Assembly: GCA_031962025.1 (NCBI GenBank)
Contig: JAVRKW010000002.1
Direction: 5' to 3' (one strand)
DNA from: Pseudothermotoga sp.
GTDB lineage: Bacteria; Thermotogota; Thermotogae; Thermotogales; DSM-5069
Length of the DNA stretch: 64,000 nucleotides
Shown: positions 8,429 through 21,160 of the stretch, piece after piece
Numbering within the stretch: position 1 is the stretch's first letter
How the letters are laid out: each line of letters opens with the position of its first letter
Program-made: the position numbers and the translations under genes
The notes under the pieces: model-generated
Seen by the model: the letters and a program-made list of their open reading frames with translations, nothing else
Databases searched by the model: none
What the model was told of the DNA's origin: nothing

Positions 8429-11084
8429 TGGCACAGGTCTTGCTTACAGGGCATATTATGCGGTAGATCAAGCGCTTTCAACCAGCTCAGGTCTTCCAAC
8501 AAATGCCACGTATGGCGTTTTAAGAATGTTGATAAAGTTTTTGAAAGAACACATCAGAATAGATGACTGCGTGGCATTTGCGATGGACAAAAAAACACGC
8601 ACCTACAGACATGAATTACTGGAAGAATACAAAGCGCACCGTCCGCAGGCTCCCGATGCGATGATACAGCAAATACCATATATAAAGAAAGGCGTAGAAG
8701 CTCTCGGAGTGAAAGTGCTTGAGTATGAAGGTTGTGAAGCAGACGATGTCATAGCAACACTTGCCAAAAAAGGAGAAGGTGTCTTTGAAGAAATTTTCAT
8801 AGTGACTGGTGATAAAGATATACTACAGCTGGTTAATGAAAAGATCAGGGTATGGCGTCCGGCAAAAGGTATAAGTGATCTTGAGCTTTACGATCCTTCA
8901 AAAGTGAGAGAAAAATTCCAGGTTGATCCATCGCAAATAGTCGATTTACTTTCACTGATGGGTGATGCCGTTGACAATGTACCTGGAGTTAAAGGTATAG
9001 GAATGAAAACTGCCGTTGAATTGATACAAAAATACGGTGATTTAGAAAATATATACCGCAAGATTGACCCAAACAGCCGAATAGGTAGATTGTTGATCGA
9101 GGGCAAAGAAGATGCTTTCAAGAGCAGACAACTTGTAACTCTGATGAAAGACCTCGATCTTGGAATAGAGTGGGAACAGCTGAAATACACAGGTTACAGA
9201 GAAAGTGAACTGGTTGAATTTCTAAAACAGATGGAATTTTCAAGCATAATGAAAGAACTCGGGCTTTATGCTCAGCAGAGTACGCAGAGTGCTTATATAA
9301 CTGTAAAAGACGAAAAGACCTTTACAGAACTGCTGAACAGGATGAAAAAAAGCCAGTATATTGTGTTAGATCTTGAAACAGATTCTCTCTCTCCATTAGA
9401 TGCAAAAGTAGTTGGTTTTTCAATTTCTCTGCCTGATAAGAGCAGTTATTATGTACCTTTGTCACACAGAAACGGTCCGAACATTGATATGAATCTGGCA
9501 TTGAGCAGTTTGAAACAAATACTCCAGCAGGCCGGCACAAAGATCATCGGGCAGAATCTCAAATACGATTACAGTGTGTTGAAAATGCACGGGATTGATC
9601 CGGTTAGACCTGCTTTTGATACAATGATAGCCGCTTATCTGTTGAATCCGGATGAAAAGAGATTCAGTCTGGATGAACTTGCCATGAAATTTTTGAATTA
9701 CAAGATGATCAGTTTCGAAGAGGTTGTCAAAAACAGTTCACCTTTGTTCAGTTCGCTGAGTTTTGCCGACGTATCTGTCGAGGAAGCCACCAAGTATTCT
9801 GCCGAGGATGCAGATATAACTCGCAGACTGTACGAAGTGTTGAACATCAAGTTGCACGAAGCTGACCTGCTTGATGTTCTTGAAAAAATCGAGATGCCTT
9901 TGATACCTGTCCTGGTGGACATGGAACTTGCCGGCGTATACATGAATATAGAATATCTAAAAGATCTTTCGATGAAATATGTAACCAGGATGGATGAACT
10001 TTCACGACAGATCTTTGAGCACGCAAAGGAAGTTTTCAATTTGAATTCACCAAAGCAAGTGGCATACGTGCTGTTTGAAAAACTCAAAATTCAGGGCTCT
10101 AAGAAAACTTCTACAGGTGATCTTTCAACCAGAGCCGATGTACTTGAGGAGTTAGTCGACGAGCATCCCATTGTTCAATTGATTCTCGAATACAGGAAAT
10201 TTCAAAAACTGAAATCCACCTACCTGGATGTATTACCAAGGCTTGTACATCCCAAGACAGGGAGAATTCACACTTCATTTCATCAGACCGGTACAGCCAC
10301 GGGAAGATTGAGCAGCAGCGATCCAAATCTTCAGAATTTGCCGACCAGACAGGAAGAAGGGAAAGAAATAAGAAGGGCAGTTGTTCCTCAAAAGAGCGGC
10401 TGGAAGATAATAAGTGCAGACTATTCACAGATAGAGCTCAGAGTTCTGGCACATTTGAGTGGCGATCAAAAGCTGATAGAGGCATTCCAGAAAGAAGAAG
10501 ATATTCATTTATTCACAGCTTCCCGTATCTTTCAGGTCGAAAAAGACCAGGTTACACCGCAGATGAGAGCTGTTGGAAAGATGGTCAACTTTTCTGTGAT
10601 TTACGGGGTGTCGCCGTACGGATTGTCCAAAAGAACGGGTCTTACTTATGAACAGGCTCAGCGTTTCATAAACGAATACTTTTCGCTGTATCCGTCGGTT
10701 AGAGAATATTTTGCAAAGGTTATCTCTTATGCTAAAACGTATGGTCATGTGAGAACGATGTTTGGAAGAAAAAGAGAGGTACCGCAATTAAGATCAAAGG
10801 ATGCAGCAGTTAGGCAGGAAGGTGAAAGAATAGCTGTAAATACACCAATACAGGGTACTGCGGCAGATATCATGAAACTCGCAATGATAGATTTGCATAG
10901 TAAAATGAAACAGATGAAGATGAATTCGAAAATGATACTTCAGGTTCATGATGAACTTGTCTTTGAGGTTCCCGATGATGAAACTGAACAGATGTTGCAG
11001 ATGATCAAACAATCGATGGAAGATGTGGTAAAATTATCAGTACCATTGAGAGTGGATATAACGGTATCTGAAAGCTGGGAATGA
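8406..11084 (+). CDS. polA: DNA polymerase I
   Basis: 5' nuclease (LFDG...YRAYY, EADD), 3'-5' exonuclease DLETD, polymerase motifs DYSQIELR, KMVNFSVIYG, QVHDE. Confidence 0.98.
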   Translation: MAKLFLFDGTGLAYRAYYAVDQALSTSSGLPTNATYGVLRMLIKFLKEHIRIDDCVAFAMDKKTRTYRHELLEEYKAHRPQAPDAMIQQIPYIKKGVEALGVKVLEYEGCEADDVIATLAKKGEGVFEEIFIVTGDKDILQLVNEKIRVWRPAKGISDLELYDPSKVREKFQVDPSQIVDLLSLMGDAVDNVPGVKGIGMKTAVELIQKYGDLENIYRKIDPNSRIGRLLIEGKEDAFKSRQLVTLMKDLDLGIEWEQLKYTGYRESELVEFLKQMEFSSIMKELGLYAQQSTQSAYITVKDEKTFTELLNRMKKSQYIVLDLETDSLSPLDAKVVGFSISLPDKSSYYVPLSHRNGPNIDMNLALSSLKQILQQAGTKIIGQNLKYDYSVLKMHGIDPVRPAFDTMIAAYLLNPDEKRFSLDELAMKFLNYKMISFEEVVKNSSPLFSSLSFADVSVEEATKYSAEDADITRRLYEVLNIKLHEADLLDVLEKIEMPLIPVLVDMELAGVYMNIEYLKDLSMKYVTRMDELSRQIFEHAKEVFNLNSPKQVAYVLFEKLKIQGSKKTSTGDLSTRADVLEELVDEHPIVQLILEYRKFQKLKSTYLDVLPRLVHPKTGRIHTSFHQTGTATGRLSSSDPNLQNLPTRQEEGKEIRRAVVPQKSGWKIISADYSQIELRVLAHLSGDQKLIEAFQKEEDIHLFTASRIFQVEKDQVTPQMRAVGKMVNFSVIYGVSPYGLSKRTGLTYEQAQRFINEYFSLYPSVREYFAKVISYAKTYGHVRTMFGRKREVPQLRSKDAAVRQEGERIAVNTPIQGTAADIMKLAMIDLHSKMKQMKMNSKMILQVHDELVFEVPDDETEQMLQMIKQSMEDVVKLSVPLRVDITVSESWE

Positions 11085-11096
11085 GGAGGTATTAAC

Positions 11097-11576
11097 TTGG
11101 ACGCAAGGATTTTGAATGCTTTGATTGCTGCGATCGTTAATACCATGGAAACTTTGATAGGCAAAAAACCATCTATAGGTAAACCCGGCGTATTGAAAGA
11201 AGTCAGACCGATGTATGATCTTGTGACGGTTATAGGATTTGCAGGAGGCGTTGAAGGCATATTGATATATTCTTTCAATCCTCAAACGGCGTTGCAGGTG
11301 GTCTCAAAAATGATGGGCATGCCTTATGAATCCTTGGACGATCTTGCCATGAGTGCAGTTGGAGAACTTGGAAACATGATCGCCGGTGCACTTGCAATGA
11401 ACCTTGAGAAAATCAACTGTAAAATCAACATAACCCCGCCAACAGTTGTTACTGGACGTGATTTGAAGCTGACTGTTGATGGGCTTGTTCTGCAGTTACC
11501 CGTTGGTGTTGTAAATGAAGGAGACATCGAAACGATTCTTTCAGTGAAAGGGACGGTTAAGTGCGGCAAGGCTTGA
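11097..11576 (+). CDS. cheX: Chemotaxis phosphatase CheX
   Basis: SAVGELGNMIAG (E-x2-N) and ITPP motifs; TTG start after GAGGAGGT. Confidence 0.9.
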   Translation: MDARILNALIAAIVNTMETLIGKKPSIGKPGVLKEVRPMYDLVTVIGFAGGVEGILIYSFNPQTALQVVSKMMGMPYESLDDLAMSAVGELGNMIAGALAMNLEKINCKINITPPTVVTGRDLKLTVDGLVLQLPVGVVNEGDIETILSVKGTVKCGKA

Positions 11577-11821
11577 GCAAATACAGTATCGTGCTCAATT
11601 TTGGTGTAACTGTTATTTCCAATATCGCCGTTGGAGCTTTTCTTGGTTATTACATCGACAGATGGACAACAAAAAATGGTGTGATTTTGATAATTTTTGT
11701 ACTGCTTGGTGTTGCGTCAGGTCTGTACAATGGGTTTAAATATCTTTTAAAGGAAGCCGATAAATATGACAAACACGATAAAAAAGATGCTGAAAAACAT
11801 AATGATTCTGGGAATAGCTGA
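11561..11821 (+). CDS. AtpZ/AtpI-family (ATPase gene 1) small membrane protein
   Basis: Two TM segments, GAFLGYYIDRW motif, first gene of the atp cluster. Confidence 0.8.
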   Translation: MRQGLSKYSIVLNFGVTVISNIAVGAFLGYYIDRWTTKNGVILIIFVLLGVASGLYNGFKYLLKEADKYDKHDKKDAEKHNDSGNS

Positions 11822-12098
11822 GATGGCTGTGTTCTGGTTTCTTTTTGGTTATAAGGGAGTGCTGGGAGTATTGATCGGAACCTGTGGAGCATGTGTTAAC
11901 ATAATGGCTCTTTGGCGTGACGTTAAAAAGTGTGTTTCAAGACAAAAAAAGATGTCAGTGGCAGGTTATCTTTCGCGGTATACTTTAAGTGGAGCCATTA
12001 TGGCTTTTTGTGCTGTTGCTTTATCTGTACAGGCTGTTTTTGGAGCTTTTTTTGGTCTTTTAAATGCCAAACTGGCAGCCTTTTTGTCCTGGAGGTGA
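11766..12098 (+). CDS. atpI: ATP synthase subunit I
   Basis: Four-TM 110-aa protein with GYLSRY, directly before atpB. Confidence 0.75.
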   Translation: MTNTIKKMLKNIMILGIAEMAVFWFLFGYKGVLGVLIGTCGACVNIMALWRDVKKCVSRQKKMSVAGYLSRYTLSGAIMAFCAVALSVQAVFGAFFGLLNAKLAAFLSWR

Positions 12099-12102
12099 CC
12101 TG

Positions 12103-12960
12103 GTGAAGCTGAGTTTGGACAGAAAGACAAAGATACTTTTGGCTATATTTTTGATCATCTACATAGTTGTGGGGATTTTGAATGCAGTTTATCTTTCAAA
12201 ACAGAGCATGGGTGAAGCCTTCAAAAATGTTGCAAATAGATGGGTTGTGAAGCTCCCATTTGGAAATGGAATCTTTTCACGGATAAATCCACTTACTATT
12301 TTCATGACCTGGATCATCATGCTCATAATAATACTGATTGCGTATGGTTTTAGAAAACCAAAACTGATACCAGATAGAAAACAATCTGCGCTGGAATCTC
12401 TCATGGAGTTTGTTTATCAAATGGTTGAAGATGCCATACCGGATCAGCGTTTTGTAAGACCAACTTTTTATATCGCATGTACCCTTTTCATATTCATCGT
12501 TTTTTCAAATATCCTTGGTGGTGCAATCCCTGGAATTTCAATTGAAGCAAATGCGCAGGGAAATATAGAAAAAATATACCTGTTTTCCGACACGTGGTTC
12601 TCGCCCACTGCCGACATAAACACAAATGCTTTTCTTGCAGTCTTTGTTTTTTTGATAAGCCAGGTCTTTGCGATCAAATCAAAAGGTTTTAAAGCGTGGG
12701 CAAAGTCCTGGTTTGAACCAATTCCGTTGATGTTTCCGATGAATGTCATAGGAGAACTCTCAAAGCCGATATCACATTCATTGAGGCTCTTTGGAAATAT
12801 CGCCGGTGGAGCCTTGTTGACGTACCTGCTCGCATACATGGCAAAGTACCTGTTTTTACCTGTGATACTCTGGGGTTTCTTTGGCTTATTTGTGGGTGTG
12901 ATTCAGGCGCTTGTTTTCACAGTGCTTGCAATTGCTTACATATCATCGGCTTTATCGTGA
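12103..12960 (+). CDS. atpB: ATP synthase Fo subunit a
   Basis: PTADIN, KPISHSLRLFGN, IQALVFTVLAIAYI; GTG start after GGAGGTGA. Confidence 0.97.
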   Translation: MKLSLDRKTKILLAIFLIIYIVVGILNAVYLSKQSMGEAFKNVANRWVVKLPFGNGIFSRINPLTIFMTWIIMLIIILIAYGFRKPKLIPDRKQSALESLMEFVYQMVEDAIPDQRFVRPTFYIACTLFIFIVFSNILGGAIPGISIEANAQGNIEKIYLFSDTWFSPTADINTNAFLAVFVFLISQVFAIKSKGFKAWAKSWFEPIPLMFPMNVIGELSKPISHSLRLFGNIAGGALLTYLLAYMAKYLFLPVILWGFFGLFVGVIQALVFTVLAIAYISSALS

Positions 12961-13233
<273 letters not shown>

Positions 13234-13245
13234 GGAGGACAGAAG

Positions 13246-13734
13246 ATGGGATTTGTTGAACTTAACCTCACGGGTATTGTGCAGCTTTTGAATTTCTTTA
13301 TACTGTTATTCGCACTGTACAAACTTTTGTACAAACCATTTACCCAGATTATGGACAAAAGACGTGAAAAGGTTGAAGCTGAACTTGCTCAGGCAGAAAA
13401 AGAGCGCAAGGAAGCTCAGGAAATGAAAAAAGAAGCCGAACAGATTCTGGCAAATGCAAGGCAAACAGCAGAGAAAATCGTGTCCGATGCGAAACAAACA
13501 AGTGACGAGTTGATCAATCAGGCAAAAAATCAAGCCCGTGAGGAAGCAGATAGAATTATGAATTCAGCACGTGCCGAAATTGAAAGAGAAAAGCAGAGAG
13601 CTCTGGATGAAGTCGAAAAAAGAGCTGGAGAAATTGCCGTGGCTCTTGCCATGAAAATTCTCCAGGGAGTTCTCGATGAGAAAGCGAAAAGGGAATATCT
13701 TGTGAATGTGTTGAAAAAGGGGCAGAGTGAATGA
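13246..13734 (+). CDS. atpF: ATP synthase Fo subunit b
   Basis: N-terminal TM segment, long charged coiled coil, operon position. Confidence 0.95.
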   Translation: MGFVELNLTGIVQLLNFFILLFALYKLLYKPFTQIMDKRREKVEAELAQAEKERKEAQEMKKEAEQILANARQTAEKIVSDAKQTSDELINQAKNQAREEADRIMNSARAEIEREKQRALDEVEKRAGEIAVALAMKILQGVLDEKAKREYLVNVLKKGQSE

Positions 13735-14273
13735 GATATTCTCACATAGCATCCAAGTACGCCAGGGCTTTGCTCAATGTTGCAATTGAGCTGGGAAAAC
13801 AGGAAGAGTACGGACAGGTACTGGCACTTGTTACTTTGCTTTATCAGAAGACAAAATTGTTCCTTGACGATCCCACGCAGAATTCTTTGAAACAGGTTGA
13901 GAGGATTGTCAAGTTTTTGAACCACGCAGGTATAACGGTCGATAAACCGTTCTGGAGTTTTCTGAAAATAGTTTTTGAAAAGAGAAGGCAGGCATCTTTA
14001 CCGCTGATTCTGGAGTACTACAAAAACATGAAAATAGAATCTCAGATGAAAGTGCCCGTTGTTTTAACTGTTGCTTATGATTTGTCTGATGAAGAGACAA
14101 AGGCGATATCGGATTTCGTAAGGCGCTATACGAAAAAAGAACCTGTTTTTGACATAAGACTTGACCAGTCGCTCTTAGCCGGTGCTGTGATAGAGTACGA
14201 GGGTAGAACTTTTGATGTTTCTGTATCTGGAAGGATAAGAAACATAGCTCGTTCTGTTTTTCAAAAGGGGTGA
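13731..14273 (+). CDS. atpH: ATP synthase F1 subunit delta
   Basis: IASKYARAL N-terminus, DQSLLAG...DVSV C-terminus. Confidence 0.93.
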   Translation: MRYSHIASKYARALLNVAIELGKQEEYGQVLALVTLLYQKTKLFLDDPTQNSLKQVERIVKFLNHAGITVDKPFWSFLKIVFEKRRQASLPLILEYYKNMKIESQMKVPVVLTVAYDLSDEETKAISDFVRRYTKKEPVFDIRLDQSLLAGAVIEYEGRTFDVSVSGRIRNIARSVFQKG

Positions 14274-14278
14274 TGTAG

Positions 14279-15789
14279 TTGCGAATTAGCCCGGGTGAGA
14301 TAACAAAGGTTTTAGAGGAAAGGATTAAGGAATTCACAGAGGAAATAGATCTTCAAGAGACGGGAAGGGTTGTACAAGTTGGTGATGGAATAGCGCGCGT
14401 CTATGGTTTGAACAACGTTATGGCAAATGAACTCGTAGAGTTTGTGGAAACAGGCATAAAGGGTCTTGCTTTCAACCTCGAAGAGGACAATGTGGGTGTG
14501 ATCTTGCTCGGTCCATATTCTCAGATCAAGGAAGGACACATCGTTCGGAGATTGAAGAAAATCATAGAAGTTCCGGTTGGAGAAGAGTTACTTGGAAGGG
14601 TTGTCAGCCCGCTTGGAGATCCTCTTGACGGTCTTGGACCGGTGAATGCCAAGCACACACGAAGGGTAGAGATAAAAGCTCCGGGAGTTATATACAGAAA
14701 ACCTGTGAACACACCGCTTCAAACGGGTATCAAGGCAATCGATGCGATGATTCCAATAGGTCGTGGTCAGCGCGAGTTGATAATAGGTGACAGACAGACC
14801 GGAAAGACCGCGATAGCGATTGATACGATCATCAACCAGAAGGGAAAAGACGTATACTGCATCTATGTTGCCATCGGACAGAAGATCGCTTCTGTTGCGC
14901 GCATTGTCGATAAACTGCGCGAATTCGGTGCGATGGATTACACAACAGTTGTCGTTGCATCGGCATCAGACCCGGCACCAATTCAATATCTTGCTCCGTA
15001 TGCAGGTTGTGCCATGGGTGAATATTTCATGTACAGTTCGCGTGATGCCCTTGTAGTTTACGACGATCTGTCAAAGCACGCGGCTGCTTACAGGCAACTT
15101 TCTCTGCTTTTGAGAAGACCACCTGGAAGGGAAGCTTATCCTGGTGATATATTCTACCTTCACTCCAGACTCCTTGAAAGAGCGGCAAAACTCGATGAAA
15201 AAGCAGGAGGCGGTTCTTTAACAGCCCTTCCAATAGTTGAAACGCAAGCCAACGACGTTTCAGCGTACATTCCAACCAACGTCATATCCATAACAGATGG
15301 GCAGATATACCTTGAACCTGGACTTTTCTATTCCGGATTCAGACCTGCCATCAACGTTGGACTTTCTGTGTCGCGAGTGGGAGGTTCTGCGCAGATAAAA
15401 GCGATGAAACAGGTGGCTGGGATGTTGAGAATAGATCTTGCACAGTTCAGAGAATTGGAAACATTTGCGCAGTTTGCTTCAGAACTCGATCCAGCCACAA
15501 GAGCCCAGATAACTCGTGGACAGAGACTGCAGGAACTGCTCAAACAGGATCAGTACCATCCTATGCCGGTTGAAGAGCAGGTAGTTGTTCTTTATGCCGG
15601 AATCAAAGGGTATTTGGATGAACTCTCAGTTGAGTCTGTGAAAAAATTTGAAACAGAGTTTCTCAAGTATATGAGAAACACACACAGTTCTTTGCTCAAA
15701 TCAATCGCACAGAAAAAAGAACTGACACAGGAGATCGAAGATGAATTAAAGCAAGCCATTCAGGAGTTTCTGAAGGGATGGCATGAATA

Positions 15790-15790
<1 letters not shown>
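14279..15790 (+). CDS. atpA: ATP synthase F1 subunit alpha
   Basis: [33 protein letters not shown]. Confidence 0.99.
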
Positions 15791-18390
<2,600 letters not shown>

Positions 18391-18391
18391 A

Positions 18392-18556
18392 GTGGCTTAT
18401 GCGCTTTTGATAGCAGGACTTTCTCTGCTTGGATTTTCTGTCTTTGTATTTAGAAAATCGATCGGTGAGTTCTCAAAGACATCTTTCTTTTTGATCTTAC
18501 TGTGTGTAATGCTATTTTTCCTGGCTTTTCTGTTATCATTTTTAAAGGGGGGATGA
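18392..18556 (+). CDS. Small two-TM membrane protein (54 aa), not in the ORF track
   Basis: GTG...TGA, MAYALLIAGLSLLGFSVFVFRKSIGEFSKTSFFLILLCVMLFFLAFLLSFLKGG; fills the gap between atpC and the next gene. Confidence 0.6.
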   Translation: MAYALLIAGLSLLGFSVFVFRKSIGEFSKTSFFLILLCVMLFFLAFLLSFLKGG

Positions 18557-18558
18557 TT

Positions 18559-19209
18559 ATGGATAAGTATTTAACGCCGTTCTTTGACAGGACGAATTTA
18601 CCGTCGAAAGATTTTTACTCGTACGGGCTGGTGGTGTTTTTTGTCGGAAGTGTTCTGGGATTGATAGCCTCCATAGTTGTGGTTGCGGCTAATTATCTTA
18701 TAGCTTTATCCGCGCTGCGCTTTTTTGGTTTCACACAGGGTATGTGTTTTGTTTCCGGTCTTGTTTTGATTTTTGTACTGATAAGGTGGCACTCAATTAT
18801 AAGGCAATTGCAGCGCAGAATGATCGAGGCATTTCCAAAATACACAGCGATCGTTTTGAAAATGGATGAATCACTGTTTTACATTGGAATTGCAATTGCT
18901 GTAGCAGGGTTAATCATCAACTTATTCGTTGCATTTGGTTTTGCCGTGATTGTTGTGGGACTTGCTCTTGCTTATTATTTTTTCTTCAAGTCAGTGGAAA
19001 ATCTTGAACAGGAAGAGATTAAATTCTTTTCCACAACATTTGAAAAGAATGTAGAAAAATCCTTCAAATTTGCTTTGGATACAAATGTGCTTTTGTACAC
19101 TATGATTACCCTGTTTGGTTATTTTGTGCTTCACCAGGAAGAGTATTTTTCTGCGATCAATGATTATGTAAAAAAGAGGATGAATTTACTTGAGGAGGTG
19201 AAGCAATGA
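18559..19209 (+). CDS. Hypothetical multi-pass membrane protein
   Basis: Four to five hydrophobic segments; AAGGGGGG RBS; ATGA overlap with hpf. Confidence 0.75.
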   Translation: MDKYLTPFFDRTNLPSKDFYSYGLVVFFVGSVLGLIASIVVVAANYLIALSALRFFGFTQGMCFVSGLVLIFVLIRWHSIIRQLQRRMIEAFPKYTAIVLKMDESLFYIGIAIAVAGLIINLFVAFGFAVIVVGLALAYYFFFKSVENLEQEEIKFFSTTFEKNVEKSFKFALDTNVLLYTMITLFGYFVLHQEEYFSAINDYVKKRMNLLEEVKQ

Positions 19210-19733
19210 ATTACAAATTCACAACCAGGGGTTTTGATTCTTCACCTGCTGTAGAACAGTATCTGTCAAAGAGATTGGAGAAAGTCGACAGGGTTTTGAA
19301 GGACAACGACGTCGTCTCTGCAGAGATAAAAGCAGAGAAGGATGCTGTGAATTTCGTATTGAAGGCAAATATAAATTTAAGAGGAAACATAGTCGTTGTT
19401 CAGGAGAAAGATCCAGATTTGTACACCGCGATTGACAGAATGTCAGATGCGCTGGAAAAAAAGATAAAAAAGATCAAGTCCACAATTCGTGAAAAGCACC
19501 GTGTTCCGGCGGAAAAAGAACCACAAATATCAGCTTCTTCAGTGGAAGAAGAAACAGACATAGCCGAGACAAAGCGAATACCGCTGTCTTTGATGCCTTT
19601 AGAGGAAGCAATTTTGCAGTTCAAAACTATGAAAAGGCAGTTCTTTGTTTTTCGAAACTCTGAGACCAATGAAATAAACATGCTCTATGTTCGAAAAGAT
19701 GGTAAGATGGGCTTATTTGAATTTGTTGATTAG
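19206..19733 (+). CDS. hpf: Long-form ribosome hibernation promoting factor
   Basis: DLYTAID N-domain; MPLEEAILQ...FFVFRN...NMLYVRKDG C-domain. Confidence 0.93.
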   Translation: MNYKFTTRGFDSSPAVEQYLSKRLEKVDRVLKDNDVVSAEIKAEKDAVNFVLKANINLRGNIVVVQEKDPDLYTAIDRMSDALEKKIKKIKSTIREKHRVPAEKEPQISASSVEEETDIAETKRIPLSLMPLEEAILQFKTMKRQFFVFRNSETNEINMLYVRKDGKMGLFEFVD

Positions 19734-19747
19734 CTGGTGAGAATTTT

Positions 19748-21160
19748 GTGAATCAGTTGGTAATAAATCTTCAGGAAAAAAGAGTGAACGGTGCCATACT
19801 CTCGGATGGTGTTTTGCAGGAACTTTTCACCGAGGAAAATGAGTTTATATCGGGAAATATCTATGTGGGTCGTGTCGAAAAGATAATATCCGGTCTGAAC
19901 GCAGCTTTTGTGGACATAGGGGAAAGTAAAAATGCCTTTTTAAAATTGAGTGATTTTTCAAGACAGTATTTGAAGCAAATTTTGAACGCCGATGCACTTA
20001 AAGAAGGTATGAAAGTCCTTGTGCAGGTGAAACACGATGCGATAGGCTCCAAGGGTCCACAGGTTACAGGCAAGATATCACTTGCAGGCAGGTTCTTGGT
20101 TTATTTTCCGCTCTCCCGTGCAAAAGGTGTTTCAAAAAAGGTATCCGATCCAAAAGAGCGTGAGAGATTGAAAAAACTGCTGAAAAGTCTTGCAAAGAAC
20201 GAAGGTATTGTGGTGAGAACTGCGGCTGAGTTTGTTCCTGAGGATGTGATTTTTGAAGAGTTTGAAGAACTCAAAGCAGAATGGGACAGGATAATCAAAG
20301 ATTTCAAAAGAGCCAGAAAATCCAAACTCCTTCGCAGTGAACCCACAGTGGCAGATTACATCATCAGAGAACGTCTGAATAAAGAAATCGACGAAGTTTA
20401 TGTCAACGATGAAGTTGTTTATGAAAAGGTGAAGGAAGCTTGTAAGAAGCTCCCTAAAAAGCCGTTGATCAATCTGATCAAAGACGATTTGTTTGATAAA
20501 TTGGGTGTCTACAATCAACTGGGTCAGATGCAGGAAAGAATCATCGATTTGCCAAGCGGTGGTTACATCGCACTGGATACCACTGAAGCCTTGACGGTCT
20601 TTGATGTGAATTCGGCAAGCTTTGTAGCTGAAAAAAGTCATGCAGAACTGGCTTACAAGATAAACGTAGAAGCCGCCCACGAGATTGCAAGGCAGTTGCG
20701 CCTGAGAAATATTGGGGGAATTGTCATAATCGATTTCATAGACATGCCCTCAAAAGATTATTACGACAGGCTCATGAAAGAATTGCAGAGCGCGGTAAGG
20801 AAAGATTCTGCTCATATCGAGTTGATTGGTTTTACAAAACTCGGTTTGTTTGAAATGACCAGAAAGAGAAAATCTCCTTCCGTTGACCAGCTCTTGTTTA
20901 CCTCCTGCCCTGTTTGCAAGGGAACGGGGAAGGTGATCTCGCCGCTTGTGGTGATCAGAAGAGTTGTGAATGAACTGTCCAGGATTGATGATGTAAATCA
21001 ATACAGCGCAGTAAAAGTAGCGCTTCATCAAAGGCTTTCAGGTTATGTGGACAGAATCAAGCAATCTCTTCCAGAGTCAATTGCCAAAAAGGTCATTTTC
21101 AGCTTTGATGCCTCAAATCCCGGTGATTTCAGTTTGATTTTGAGTAAAAAGACCTCTTAA
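19748..21160 (+). CDS. rng: Rne/Rng family ribonuclease
   Basis: GNIYVGRV...AAFVDIG (S1 domain), DVNS, LRNIGGIVIIDFIDM, CPVCKGTG. Confidence 0.95.
   Translation: MNQLVINLQEKRVNGAILSDGVLQELFTEENEFISGNIYVGRVEKIISGLNAAFVDIGESKNAFLKLSDFSRQYLKQILNADALKEGMKVLVQVKHDAIGSKGPQVTGKISLAGRFLVYFPLSRAKGVSKKVSDPKERERLKKLLKSLAKNEGIVVRTAAEFVPEDVIFEEFEELKAEWDRIIKDFKRARKSKLLRSEPTVADYIIRERLNKEIDEVYVNDEVVYEKVKEACKKLPKKPLINLIKDDLFDKLGVYNQLGQMQERIIDLPSGGYIALDTTEALTVFDVNSASFVAEKSHAELAYKINVEAAHEIARQLRLRNIGGIVIIDFIDMPSKDYYDRLMKELQSAVRKDSAHIELIGFTKLGLFEMTRKRKSPSVDQLLFTSCPVCKGTGKVISPLVVIRRVVNELSRIDDVNQYSAVKVALHQRLSGYVDRIKQSLPESIAKKVIFSFDASNPGDFSLILSKKTS

Noticed and set aside
21157..21160. rng and fliD share a TTAA as both stop codons
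   Set aside because: Common in compact genomes; no further signal
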